A DNA stretch of 63,470 bases from Candidatus Geothermincola primus (GCA_015711725.1 JACVIX010000001.1:1-63470); one strand, 5' to 3'. Shown: positions 10,139 through 20,045, counted from the first letter of the stretch. Numbers and translations: made by a program. The notes: generated from the sequence alone by a model not told the origin.

Positions 10139-11120
10139 GGTTTAAGACCTTTACCTCAGGCCCTCGGTCTATGGTGAGGCGGTAAGGTTCATCCAGCGAG
10201 AAAAGCTCGCCGTCAAGGGTGTACCCTTCGCTGCTCTCTATGACCAGATGGGAGGCTTTGCGGTTCCAATATACATCCTGAGGGAAAGGCTGTTTGTTGC
10301 CTCGAACCCACAATAATCGGTCCAAGCGCGAAACCATCTTTCCAAAAGGAAGGCTGGTGGAGAGGACGTAGAAATCACCATCTCCTTCATCGCGGAAGGG
10401 GTTAAAGGTAAGCACCACCCGTTTGAAGATCATCGCCAGTACGATGGTAAAGCTATCTCCAGGCATGGTGAATCCGTCGACAGTCACGCGCATAGGAGTG
10501 AGCCCAAAAACATCTCGGTAACGAGTGCTTTTTAAAAGGGCGGCCACCAAACATCTGATGAACAATTGAGCAGCGGCAAAAGGTCCTCCTTTGGTCTCGC
10601 GATAATAGAAGCGGTCAAAGCGGTATAGAGCGCCATTCCCGAAGAAAAAACCGTATTCGTGATGTATAGCGTCGCCCACCTCTACTTTGAGTCGTAAGGT
10701 GGGTATGCTGATGGAGGAGAGGGTTACCCTTCTTTCAATACATTGGACCAGTCGGCTGCAGATTTGATCGGGTTCTCCTTTTATCTGGAGATTGTCGGCT
10801 AGAACATTGAGGGTCCCCCCTCTGAGTGGAAATATCAAGGGTAGGTTATCATTGCTCTCCCCATAGAGGTTAATCATCCTGGTAAGCGCCCGCTGTAGGG
10901 TTCCGTCACCTCCGTTGAAGCAGATCAGTTTCTCTCCCCTTTGAACGAATCTTTCGATTACCCCGTCGATCTCCTCCAGAGTTTCGGTCTCCACAACCTC
11001 GCCTCTTTTTCCCACGATCTCGGGAAGGCGGAATTTTCTGTAGCGGCCGCCACGATTTTTTCCTGAAACCACATTAGTGATGACAGCGATCGATTCTATC
11101 TCGTGCAAGTTAGCCCCCAA
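10125..11120 (-). CDS. diacylglycerol/lipid kinase family protein (YegS/BmrU-like)
   Basis: 'FNGGDGTLQRAL' is the GGDGT signature of the DAGK catalytic domain. Its 3' end overlaps the convergent USP gene by 14 nt. The start is uncertain (TTG at 11120 or 11108). Confidence 0.75.
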   Translation of the reverse strand: MGANLHEIESIAVITNVVSGKNRGGRYRKFRLPEIVGKRGEVVETETLEEIDGVIERFVQRGEKLICFNGGDGTLQRALTRMINLYGESNDNLPLIFPLRGGTLNVLADNLQIKGEPDQICSRLVQCIERRVTLSSISIPTLRLKVEVGDAIHHEYGFFFGNGALYRFDRFYYRETKGGPFAAAQLFIRCLVAALLKSTRYRDVFGLTPMRVTVDGFTMPGDSFTIVLAMIFKRVVLTFNPFRDEGDGDFYVLSTSLPFGKMVSRLDRLLWVRGNKQPFPQDVYWNRKASHLVIESSEGYTLDGELFSLDEPYRLTIDRGPEVKVLNPKFL

Positions 11121-11515
11121 AAATATTTACACTATGCAATGACAATTCATTTATTGCACTCATATTATAACATTTAGGATGATATGTTTGAGAAAGGACG
11201 CCTAAAGATTATGGTGACGTGGGGTTTAAAGAGAAATGCTTATCAAGGAGAGAACTAAAAAAGTAGTTTGGATATCACATAGCTGGGACAAATAATCTTC
11301 GATAATCTTAGACATTGAAAACTGGTGAGGGCTGGGTTGTTGCCAAAGTTATTTGCAGAAAATAATTGGGTGATAGGAACTATCAAGCACTGCCATTCCC
11401 ATTCTATTTCGGATTCTAGGGCAGAAATATATAAAAACGAATTATCCTACATCAACGTGGTCCATTGGGCCACCAACCGAATCTTATTCCCCTGGTGATC
11501 TCCTGAGGCTACCGA

Positions 11516-12577
11516 TTAAGATATGCTGACGATACTTCCCACCACCCCAATAATTGATGAGGCGATAAAAAGGTAGATTCCCACGCCCATTGAGAAGTTC
11601 AGCGAGATGAAGCTATAGAGGTTAGCCCCGGACATCCCCAGCGCCAGGAGGGAAAAGATCATGGCTAAGACGCCGAATACCTTGCTTCTGGTCAAAAGGA
11701 TAAGTAAAGCCATCAACACCAAAAGCCCTCCCGCGATCAAGGAGCACATCCCGGTGAATAACGGCTTTCCTTCGTCTATGTCGAAGAATTTATTGTCTAC
11801 GAAATCTTTAGTCTGCCAACCTGTTAAAGAGACGGTTATGCCCCTTGTCCTATTGCTAATCCAGGGCAAGAATGTGGAACCAAGCAAAACGGCCCCGCAT
11901 ATCAATATGATTACAACTCCAACAATCATGCGGCTGTCCATTCTTCTTGCCCCATATACCTGGGGAGCGGCCGCTTGCGCCCCCGTATATGGATAGGCGG
12001 GGCGCGGAGGCTGGGCCTCTGGGGTTGGTTGATATGATGGTGCCGCATAGGGTTGTCCTGGTGGCGTGGGGGGTTGGTAAATGGGTGGAGGCGATATAGG
12101 AGGAGCTTCAGGTTGGGGAGCCGCGGGAGAAACCGAAGGAGGCTGCGCCACTGAGGGCGTTACTTGTGGTTGGGAGACAGTGGGCGCCTCGGCGATGCTT
12201 GGCTGCGCTTGCGGCTCACCTTGTATCGCCGCTTGTTCCTCTGGGGCTAGGGTAGATGGTGCCGTAACTTCAGGCATTGGAGGTGGGTGAGCTTCCATCG
12301 GCTCCTTCGTCACCGGCATGGCCTGCGTGAGCGATTCATCCGTCGATGGCACGCTTGGGGTGGGAGGAACTATAGTCATCGCTTCTTGAGGAGGAGGTGT
12401 GGGCTCCGTCTGTATAGCCGCGCCCTCCGGAGGGGAAACAACGGCTGTGGTTTCCATACCTTCTTCCGTCGTTGTAATGGAAGTCTTTATTTCCGGGAAC
12501 TTAGATCCGCAGGACATGCAGAATTTGGCCCCGTCTCGGTTTTCCTTGCCGCATTCGGGACAGAATATTGCCATCAC
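11516..12577 (-). CDS. zinc-ribbon / proline-rich linker / multi-TM membrane protein
   Basis: N-terminal 'CPECGKENRDGAKFCMSCG' zinc ribbon, then a ~180-aa Pro/Ala/Gln-rich low-complexity linker, then 4-5 hydrophobic helices at the C-terminus. Confidence 0.7.
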   Translation of the reverse strand: MMAIFCPECGKENRDGAKFCMSCGSKFPEIKTSITTTEEGMETTAVVSPPEGAAIQTEPTPPPQEAMTIVPPTPSVPSTDESLTQAMPVTKEPMEAHPPPMPEVTAPSTLAPEEQAAIQGEPQAQPSIAEAPTVSQPQVTPSVAQPPSVSPAAPQPEAPPISPPPIYQPPTPPGQPYAAPSYQPTPEAQPPRPAYPYTGAQAAAPQVYGARRMDSRMIVGVVIILICGAVLLGSTFLPWISNRTRGITVSLTGWQTKDFVDNKFFDIDEGKPLFTGMCSLIAGGLLVLMALLILLTRSKVFGVLAMIFSLLALGMSGANLYSFISLNFSMGVGIYLFIASSIIGVVGSIVSIS

Positions 12578-13007
12578 CCAACACCCCTTTCAAGACAGCT
12601 ATCACGCCATCCGTTTTCCGATCGGGTAGTAATAAATTACTCATAAATTATATCACTATATTCCATTCTGTAAGCGAATAACTAAACATTTAAGAGTCGT
12701 ACAAAGGGAAATTTAGTTTGTTTTATCCGCCGAGTAATGGTTATTTATTGGAATTGTATCCTGGATATGCTTCGCTTTATATTTAATGAGCGTTTTTTCA
12801 GTATCACTATTGATTGTGAGTTTAAAGATATAGACAGATCACGAGCTTGATATTTTCAATTCCAGTAGATGGTTTAAAGCAGTGTTTGACAGATTCTCCC
12901 CATCTCTCAAAAAGCATCGCCCAGAGGCGACAAGGAATTTCATCAGGTTTGTTATGATTTCCTGAATCGTTAAGGAAATCTATGGCTGGGATAGAGACTC
13001 GTAAAAA

Positions 13008-14483
13008 TCAAGCTATTGGTCTTGCGTCCACTATCCTCCTCTCTTTAGCTTGGGTATCCATACCCAGACGCTCCAGCAGCTCTTCCAGATCCATGAAGAT
13101 AATCCGGTTGGGAATGACCCCCAGATCAGTTTTTACTAGAACTTCCAATTCTTTGCCCAGGTTTTCCAGGTCTACCCCTTCCAGCGGAGCGATATAGAGG
13201 TACAGTTCATCGAGATCATAGGGGTCATCGTTATGCTTGCGCAGCTCCAGTTGCCACTCCTGAACCTCGGGATGCCCGGATAGCAATGGGTAGAAGGCAT
13301 TGAGGTCTACCAATTCTCCCTTCACCTTAGTAAGATTGAACTCTTTGTACTCGGAGAGGCGGGTAATGGTGCTGCCTAACCTGGGAACCGTCCTCCCACA
13401 ATATGGGCAAGGTTCATAACTAATGCCCTCCTTGACCAGGTCGCCAGTGCGATATCTTAAAAGCACGCTACCTCTCCAGTTCAGTGATGTATATACCACT
13501 TCACCTTCCTCTCCCTCACCCACGACCTCCCCGGTCTCGGGGTCGATGATTTCGATAATCTCCCGATCGGGGAAGAGATGATAACCGGATGACACCCCCT
13601 TTATTACGGAAGGCCGACACTCTCCCCAAGCCACTCTCCCCTCGGTGAATGCGTAAGATGCAAGGGTGATTGCCTCTTCAGCACCCGAGTTCTTCAGCAT
13701 ATCGTTAATCTTTTTTTTCAATCCCGCAGGGACATGGTCTGCGCCAAGCACCAACGTTTTAAGGGAGGAAAGATCGGCATTGATTGCCGCTGCCTTTCTT
13801 AACAGGTGGTAACAGTAGCTGGGCGTGGAAACCAGTATCGTTCCCCGAAATCGCTGAAGCAGCTCCAGTATTCGGTTGGGCTCCATGATCCTTCCTCCAC
13901 CGGTGTGAATTGACTTGATATGAAGGACATCGGCTGTGAGGTAAGCCATCCAGAAAGCCAAGTGAGGGGCGAAGGGAAAGGCGTTGACAAAAACGTCGGT
14001 CTGGTTTAGTTCAAAGAGCTCTCCAATTCTTCTGCCGCATTCGCGGGTTAGCTCTAGGTCATAAGGAGTATAGAAGATAGGGGTGGGAAGCGCCGTTCTG
14101 CCGGTAGTGAAATGCACGTGGCTAGGATTGAACTCATCCAGAACCCTCTTCTCAAATTTCTCTTTTCCCAAGGTAAGGCGAGCCCACCAATTTTTCAGTC
14201 TCCCCCTTTCCTTATCCTCCCTACTTTGAGGATCTAAAACGAACTGAAGAGGCCTATCCGGCTCATCCGGAGAGGGGGCTATGTCGGCTTTGGTGGTGAA
14301 GGGAATATTCTGAAAATCTTTGAGAGTTTGAATCTTCCTAGGATTTATACCCTGCTGGTCGAAGAGCTTACGATAGTAGGGACTATAAGGATATACCTTC
14401 TCTCGTAAATACCATATAAGCTTGGACTCCTGGGCCAATCTTATCTGTTTCGGTGGTAGGGTATCCCAATAGGACTTAGCCAT
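13008..14483 (-). CDS. adenylate-forming enzyme, phenylacetate-CoA ligase / coenzyme F390 synthetase (PaaK) family
   Basis: 491-aa ORF. 'HFTTGRTALPTP' sits where the PaaK-type P-loop lies. Overall length and C-terminal layout resemble PaaK/CapK family members. Confidence 0.65.
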   Translation of the reverse strand: MAKSYWDTLPPKQIRLAQESKLIWYLREKVYPYSPYYRKLFDQQGINPRKIQTLKDFQNIPFTTKADIAPSPDEPDRPLQFVLDPQSREDKERGRLKNWWARLTLGKEKFEKRVLDEFNPSHVHFTTGRTALPTPIFYTPYDLELTRECGRRIGELFELNQTDVFVNAFPFAPHLAFWMAYLTADVLHIKSIHTGGGRIMEPNRILELLQRFRGTILVSTPSYCYHLLRKAAAINADLSSLKTLVLGADHVPAGLKKKINDMLKNSGAEEAITLASYAFTEGRVAWGECRPSVIKGVSSGYHLFPDREIIEIIDPETGEVVGEGEEGEVVYTSLNWRGSVLLRYRTGDLVKEGISYEPCPYCGRTVPRLGSTITRLSEYKEFNLTKVKGELVDLNAFYPLLSGHPEVQEWQLELRKHNDDPYDLDELYLYIAPLEGVDLENLGKELEVLVKTDLGVIPNRIIFMDLEELLERLGMDTQAKERRIVDARPIA

Positions 14484-14934
14484 TTACACACCCCCTCTGG
14501 ATTCGATCGTCAACCTTTAGCGCTTCCTCGCTCCTTTTCTCTAACTTTTTCTAATCGATCCCAAAAACGTCTTCTATACATGGTATAGAAAATGCGTACC
14601 GATTACCAGACTCGTTAGAAATAACATTTATGAAATCACCTTTTCTCCCCTTTAGTTCTCTTTTTCGCAAAACATTAGGGTAAAAAAACCTTTTTTATCT
14701 ATAAAGTTTCTAAGTAAACGATACGGCACTACAGAAGATAATAAAGAGGCTAATCGACTTTGCTTTAGCATAAGAAACGCTTTGTTATCTGGTTCTGTCA
14801 TTATGCTAAAGCGTCTAATTGGTGTTGAGTCAGAGAAGGTCTTATGTAGGCGAAATGAGCTAGATTATGTGACCGCGGGATAGCTTTGGATGAGAATGTT
14901 TTAAATCATGTCCGAAAAAAGATACCATGGTAAC

Positions 14935-14952
14935 ATACCTCTAGGGGTATAT
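14935..14952. promoter_or_regulatory. CsoR-family-type operator candidate, site 2 (ATACCTCTAGGGGTATAT)
   Basis: 16-bp palindrome with one mismatched pair, 17-19 nt upstream of the ferredoxin ORF start. It is 16/18 identical to the site at 35475-35492. Confidence 0.45.
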
Positions 14953-14968
14953 AGAGAGTTGATGAAAG

Positions 14969-15178
14969 ATGAGATTCAAAATGCCCTGGATTGATGTGGA
15001 GAGATGCGACGTTGGGGAAGTCTGTGGAGAGTGCAGAGCATCGAAGCTTTGTCCCAACGGAGCTTTCCTGGTACTCTCGGATGACGGAGAGTGCCGTGTG
15101 GCGATCGATTTCGAAAGATGTAAGCGATGCGGCGATTGTTCCCACGCCTGTGATCGTGGTGCGGTGAAGATGGTTTGA
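14969..15178 (+). CDS. small ferredoxin-like protein (4Fe-4S binding motifs)
   Basis: 69 aa. Carries 'CKRCGDCSHAC' (CxxCxxCxxxC) plus an atypical 'CDVGEVCGECRASKLCP' cluster motif. Confidence 0.6.
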   Translation: MRFKMPWIDVERCDVGEVCGECRASKLCPNGAFLVLSDDGECRVAIDFERCKRCGDCSHACDRGAVKMV

Positions 15179-15208
15179 GCAGGAAGATTGTCGAGGAGGA
15201 GTTTGTAA

Positions 15209-15640
15209 ATGGGGGACAAGAGTTACGAGTTTCTAGAGCGGTATCATTACGCAGTGGTAAAGTCCAATCAAGGAAGCTTGGATAAGTTGAAGGCGCGGAT
15301 AGGATCGGAATGGGCGAACATGATGAAGGGTAGATATGGAAAGATCGAAGAAGCGAAGAAATTTTCCCATTGTATAGAAAGTTTTCTTAAAGATGATCTC
15401 GCTCTCTGCGATAGCGTAAATGCCAAGGAGGAAGACGACCATTTCTCTATAGATATAAAGGGATGTCGTCTATGCTATGGAAACGAAAGATTGCGCAGGG
15501 AAAATTTACCTGCTCTTTGTCCCGTAACGGCTATGGGCCTTTCGAGTATATCAAGAGTACGCGGCAGAAAGGCTACATTGAAAGATGTGATGAAGAAAGG
15601 GGTAGTGGGTGAGTGCAATATCAATTATAAACTTCGCTAG
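15209..15640 (+). CDS. hypothetical Cys-containing protein (co-operonic with the ferredoxin)
   Basis: 143-aa ORF starting 30 nt after the ferredoxin stop. Contains 'GCRLCYGN...LCPV...GEC'. The family is not recognised with confidence. Confidence 0.5.
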   Translation: MGDKSYEFLERYHYAVVKSNQGSLDKLKARIGSEWANMMKGRYGKIEEAKKFSHCIESFLKDDLALCDSVNAKEEDDHFSIDIKGCRLCYGNERLRRENLPALCPVTAMGLSSISRVRGRKATLKDVMKKGVVGECNINYKLR

Positions 15641-15881
15641 ATATGTCTGACATGGAAAGCATTCTGTTGTTATGCGTTTTAGCTGGTCGAGCGATATTAT
15701 GTTTTAATATTTGAAAAAATAACAAATCAAGATAGAGAAAGGGGGATAGAAGAAAAGATGAAACGATTCATGGTACCGCGCGTAGCGCACTGTTCCGAAG
15801 GTTGTTGAATTTGGACCTGAGCAGGTCATAAAAAGGCTCCAAATTTTTAGCGTATATTCTGAGCTTTAGAGTTGATGTAAG

Positions 15882-15908
15882 AGGACACGCTCGACGTGTC
15901 CTTTTATT
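15882..15908 (+). terminator. intrinsic terminator candidate
   Basis: Stem AGGACACG/CGTGTCCT with a 5-nt loop, followed by TTTATTT. It lies 240 nt downstream of the 15209-15640 ORF. Confidence 0.5.
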
Positions 15909-15990
15909 TGGCTATAAACGTGATGCTCTTATGAATATTTTGCAATTTCGTGCCATGAGAAATAGCCAGCTCATATTGTTAATAAAGTGA

Positions 15991-16019
15991 TTGTCGGTTA
16001 GACATTATTGTGATATATT
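15991..16019 (+). promoter_or_regulatory. sigma-A-like promoter candidate (TTGTCG-N17-TATATT with TGA extended -10)
   Basis: Read directly from the sequence. It precedes the long hairpin at 16035-16107 in a 690-nt gene-free gap. Confidence 0.3.
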
Positions 16020-16034
16020 TGAAAAAGAGAGATT

Positions 16035-16107
16035 TAGCTCCCGAGAGTAAGCGAGATTGCGGGGATCTCCGCTGTGAGAATTAAAAAAGGCTTATACTCG
16101 GGAGCTA
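16035..16107. repeat. long inverted repeat / RNA hairpin (18-position helix with one A-A mismatch and one G-U pair; 37-nt interior with a nested GCGG/CCGC hairpin)
   Basis: TAGCTCCCGAGAGTAAGC ... GCTTATACTCGGGAGCTA, paired by hand. Confidence 0.6.
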
Positions 16108-16272
16108 TCCATTTGCGGAAAAACCAATGTGCGCCAACGAAGAATAAGAGCGTTCCTATGGTTATCCTCTACTAGTTTCCTCAAGGCCCTCCGTTGTTAT
16201 TATCCTGCAAAGTGTCGAGGTTATCGGAGAGGTTTGGTGCGATGCTAACGCTTATTAAAAATCACGTTTTAA

Positions 16273-16300
16273 CCGGCTTTGAAGGTAAGCCGGGTTTTAT
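16273..16300 (+). terminator. intrinsic terminator candidate (possibly bidirectional)
   Basis: Stem CCGGCTT/AAGCCGG with a 7-nt loop, followed by GTTTTATT on the + strand. It lies 32 nt beyond the stop of the minus-strand alcohol dehydrogenase. Confidence 0.35.
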
Positions 16301-16331
16301 TGTGTCGCGGTTTTCTTCCCCTACCAGACAA

Positions 16332-17486
16332 CTAAAGAGACTTTCGAAAGATATTCACGATGTCATCAAGAATAGTCTCACGGGGATTGGAAGAACGCAG
16401 CCTTGTATTGAGAAAGGCCTCGGCGGCGAGCATCTCTAGACTGTTTGATTTTATCCCCAGCTCGCGCAGGGATTTCGGGAGAGGAAGCCTTTGTAGCAGC
16501 GCTTTAACTGCGTCAATTGCCTTCTTTCCCGCCGTTGTGGCTGGCAATCCAGTCACGTCCTCTCCCATAGCTTGGGCAAGCTCGCGGTAGAGATGGGGAC
16601 GCGCTTCCAGGTTAAATTCCATCACCGAAGCGATGAGTAGCGCGTTGGCAACCCCATGTGGCACGTGGAAATGAGCTCCTAAAGCGTGAGCCATAGCGTG
16701 GGTAAGACCCAGTCCCGCATTGGTGAAGGCCATCCCCGCTATCATACTGGCGAGGGATAGATTTCTTCTTGCCTCGAGATCCTCGCCATCACTACATGCG
16801 CGCTCCAGATTGGCGAATATAAGTTGTACGGCTCGGAAGGAAAGCCCCTGGGTAGGTGCCCACGCCCTCCGGGATACATAGGATTCGACCGCATGGGTTA
16901 GGGCATCCATCCCCGTTGAAGCGGTAAGGGCGGGAGGCATGCTTACGGTGAGAGAGGGATCCACTATCGATAGGGTCGGATATATATTGGGGCTCACGAT
17001 GGACATCTTCTGTTTCCTCTGGCGGTCAGTAATAACCGCCACCGAGGTGGCTTCGCTGCCTGTCCCGGATGTAGTCGGGATCGCCAAGATAGGACGAGCT
17101 CGGTTGCGTATGTTTCCCACTCCCGCCCATTCCGAAACGGGTCCTTGGTTAGTGAGGAGTGCGGAGATAATCTTGGCGGCGTCTAAAGGACTTCCCCCTC
17201 CAAGCCCGATCACAAAATCGCACCCGGTTTCGGAGGCAATTTTTCCTCCGGTCACCACCGTTTCGATGGAGGGGTCGGACTCCACCTGGTCGAAATGAAC
17301 GCATTCGATACCCTGTTCCTTCAGGTTTTTTTTGAGAAATTCTACAGCGGGAAGATTCTTGGTGGCGGTTGATCCCGTGACCAGAAGGGCTTTTTTCCCA
17401 AAGTTAGAGAGAAAGCTCTTGAGCTCTTCTAAGCAACCTTCGCCAAAGATTATCTGCACTGGAAAACGGAAGACGTTTGATCCCAT
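16332..17486 (-). CDS. iron-containing alcohol dehydrogenase
   Basis: Fe-ADH hallmarks are 'GLGGGSPLDAAK' and 'HAMAHALGAHFHVPHGVANA'. ATG at 17486, preceded by GAGAGGTG, is preferred over the track start at 17555. Confidence 0.85.
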   Translation of the reverse strand: MGSNVFRFPVQIIFGEGCLEELKSFLSNFGKKALLVTGSTATKNLPAVEFLKKNLKEQGIECVHFDQVESDPSIETVVTGGKIASETGCDFVIGLGGGSPLDAAKIISALLTNQGPVSEWAGVGNIRNRARPILAIPTTSGTGSEATSVAVITDRQRKQKMSIVSPNIYPTLSIVDPSLTVSMPPALTASTGMDALTHAVESYVSRRAWAPTQGLSFRAVQLIFANLERACSDGEDLEARRNLSLASMIAGMAFTNAGLGLTHAMAHALGAHFHVPHGVANALLIASVMEFNLEARPHLYRELAQAMGEDVTGLPATTAGKKAIDAVKALLQRLPLPKSLRELGIKSNSLEMLAAEAFLNTRLRSSNPRETILDDIVNIFRKSL

Positions 17487-17636
17487 TCCTTGCACCTCTC
17501 TCGTAAACCAGGTTAGATAAAAATAAGGTAACCGAGACGTATCTAGTTTAATCACTTAAGAGGTAAAGCGTCAAACCATGGCGAAGACAATTGCAATGAG
17601 GAATAATAATAGTGATATATTCTCTTCCCATTATCT

Positions 17637-20045
17637 TTGGTAGGGGGATTTAAGATGCGAGAGCCCTTGATATCTGCTTCCCTGGTTCTCGACGACGAGG
17701 ATAAGATCGTGGAGTTCAATGGTGATGTCTACGACTTCCTGGGCGTAGAGGGGTTGGAAATTCAGGGAAAACTTTTTCCCCAGATCGCCCCGGATATATA
17801 CAGGATATTGCAGCGATTGATATCTAAGGGTAAGAGGGGGAGAGGGGTCGAGGGTTATGCCCTCTCTTTAAAGATAGGAAAGAGGCTTTTAGGGGTGAAG
17901 GTCTCGGTAATTCCCTACCCGCTGCCAGCTTTGGGCAAGAACGGTATCCTGATCTCCATGGCCACTATGGAAGAGCGCTCAGTCCCTCCAGCCTTTACAC
18001 GGAAGGAAGCATCTGAACCATCGCCTTTGACTGGAGAGACGGGAGAGCGAGAGGCTGTTATCGCAGACGGCATCCCTTATATAGGAGACCCTCTTGTCCT
18101 GATCAACCGGAGGGGCGAGATAGAATACGCTAATCACGCTTTATTACGATTGCTCAACTACTCCATGGAGGAGCTTAAGGGTCTCCCTTTTTATTCGCTT
18201 CTTTTCAAGGGGGAATCGAGGAAAACAGTAGAACAAGTCATGGAAACGGCGCATCTGGCTCCCTGGAGAGGCGAAGTTACGCTCCAGGATAGAGAGGGCA
18301 ACGAGGTTATCTTGTGTTTTACCTTTAACGCTTTTCGAGATAGAGAGGGAAGCCTGAGCATTCTGGGTATCGCTAAAGATTTCACCGAGCTGCGTAAGAT
18401 GTGGAACAAGAAGGAATATGAGGCCAACAGGTTATGGGAGATGATGGAAAAGGCGGGGGTGGCCATGTTCTCATTTACCCCCGATCAGCGTATAACTTTC
18501 TGGAATAAGCAAGCTGAAAAGTTATTATCTCTTACCTTGGACCGTGCCATTGGAATGAGCGTTGGGGAGATTTTCGGGGAGATGGCCGAAAAAGAGTTTT
18601 CCTCTTTAACAAGGGAAGCTTCCCGTTTGGCAAAAACGGTTGAAAGAGTGATCTCATTAACTTTCAAAAAGGACGCTCGGCAGATCTTCCGATTTAAAGT
18701 AAGCAGTTTGGATAGTAATGAATCCCTCTCCCAAGAGTATATCTGCTGCGTGGAGGATATTACCGAATATAAGGACAGGGAGTTGGCGGTTTTAAGGAAA
18801 GAGATAGCCTGGGAATTGATGTTGAACTTGGCTTCGCTCGCGCGTACTGGAAAGAGGTTGGAGGATTATCTTTATGAGAGTTTATGCGAAGTAATGAAAG
18901 CCCTCGAGGCTCGGGCGGGGGGGGTTTATATATTTGAAGGGGGATATGCGATCCTGAAGGCCCATCACGGAATCTCAGAGAACTTCCTTCGGAAAGCTGA
19001 GCGCTGGAGGATACGGCCTACCCGGCTAGAAATTTTTAGGGAGAGCCCGGGCGTGATTATAGACATCGAGGCGAATGGCGGCGTCGGTGGTTTGGATGTT
19101 CTCAAACCTGTATTGCGAGATTGGGATTCTATGATGGGTGCCATAATAGAAGATGGGTTGCTCTTAAATTATATCTTGCCTATTGTTACCAGAGAGAAGA
19201 CCTTAGGCGTGGTTGTTTTGGGTAACTATAAACGAGAGCGCCTAGATGAAATAGGGCTAGATTCTATGGCCAACTTGGGAAGTATCCTGGGCATGGGTGC
19301 CGAGAAAGCGCTGCTTTCCGAAGAGATGGAAAGGGAGCTTCAGTTAGCCAGGCGCATAATAACAATGAAGGACGATTACATTAGGCTGGTCTCCCATGAG
19401 ATGGGAACGCCCCTGACCTATATCCATGGCTATGCGGAAATGCTCAAGGAAGGTGTGTCCCAGATGGACGCCGAATCGGTTCAGGATAAGTTGAAAAGCG
19501 TTATTTTAGGTTGCGAACGCTTGATGCATATCAGAGAAAGTCTACAGCGTTCCTTGCAGCTGGAGCGGGGAAAGTTGAGCGGGACGGTGGAAACGGTTGA
19601 GCCCGAGCGTTTTTTCCGGGAAACTCTGGCTAAGCAAGATTTTCTCAAAGATCGTTTGATCGAAATCGACTTTCCGCAAAATATCCCTTCTTTTAAGGTG
19701 GATAGTTTCCTGCTGGGCGAAGCGCTATATCAGTTGCTCTATAATGCGGAAAGGATGTCCCCCCCTGGCGAAAAGATCGTGATTAGGGGGGAAGAAGAAG
19801 CCGATGAGGTCGTTTTCCACATAGAGTATAAGTCGGTGGAGGAAAGTGTAATAGTACAAGAACGTCTCTTCCGAGACGAGGAAGAAGAAACCGCCACGGA
19901 GATAGAAGCCAACATGAGCTTAGATACTTACTTGGTGAAACATTTTCTGGAAAAGTTGGGGGGAAGAATTGAGATAAAGACGGAACCAGCGTCAGGTACA
20001 GTGATAACGTTGCGTCTGCCTATCGGAGGCATGGAGGAGAAATGA
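17637..20045 (+). CDS. PAS/GAF sensor histidine kinase with a degenerate ATP-binding domain
   Basis: The H-box 'SHEMGTPLTYIHGYAEML' is present and the N-box 'LLYNAERMS' is recognisable. I cannot find G1 (DxGxG) or G2 (GxGxGL) boxes. An alternative start is at 17655. Confidence 0.8.
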   Translation: MVGGFKMREPLISASLVLDDEDKIVEFNGDVYDFLGVEGLEIQGKLFPQIAPDIYRILQRLISKGKRGRGVEGYALSLKIGKRLLGVKVSVIPYPLPALGKNGILISMATMEERSVPPAFTRKEASEPSPLTGETGEREAVIADGIPYIGDPLVLINRRGEIEYANHALLRLLNYSMEELKGLPFYSLLFKGESRKTVEQVMETAHLAPWRGEVTLQDREGNEVILCFTFNAFRDREGSLSILGIAKDFTELRKMWNKKEYEANRLWEMMEKAGVAMFSFTPDQRITFWNKQAEKLLSLTLDRAIGMSVGEIFGEMAEKEFSSLTREASRLAKTVERVISLTFKKDARQIFRFKVSSLDSNESLSQEYICCVEDITEYKDRELAVLRKEIAWELMLNLASLARTGKRLEDYLYESLCEVMKALEARAGGVYIFEGGYAILKAHHGISENFLRKAERWRIRPTRLEIFRESPGVIIDIEANGGVGGLDVLKPVLRDWDSMMGAIIEDGLLLNYILPIVTREKTLGVVVLGNYKRERLDEIGLDSMANLGSILGMGAEKALLSEEMERELQLARRIITMKDDYIRLVSHEMGTPLTYIHGYAEMLKEGVSQMDAESVQDKLKSVILGCERLMHIRESLQRSLQLERGKLSGTVETVEPERFFRETLAKQDFLKDRLIEIDFPQNIPSFKVDSFLLGEALYQLLYNAERMSPPGEKIVIRGEEEADEVVFHIEYKSVEESVIVQERLFRDEEEETATEIEANMSLDTYLVKHFLEKLGGRIEIKTEPASGTVITLRLPIGGMEEK

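Noticed and set aside
12081-12646. Several plus-strand ORFs (69-119 aa) opposite the zinc-ribbon/Pro-rich gene.
   Set aside because: The GC-rich, repetitive Pro/Ala-coding region keeps the antisense frames open. The translations are Gly/Arg-rich nonsense.
16194-16439. 81-aa plus-strand ORF in the gap before the alcohol dehydrogenase.
   Set aside because: It reads through a terminator-like hairpin and then runs antisense into the ADH 3' end. It has no SD.
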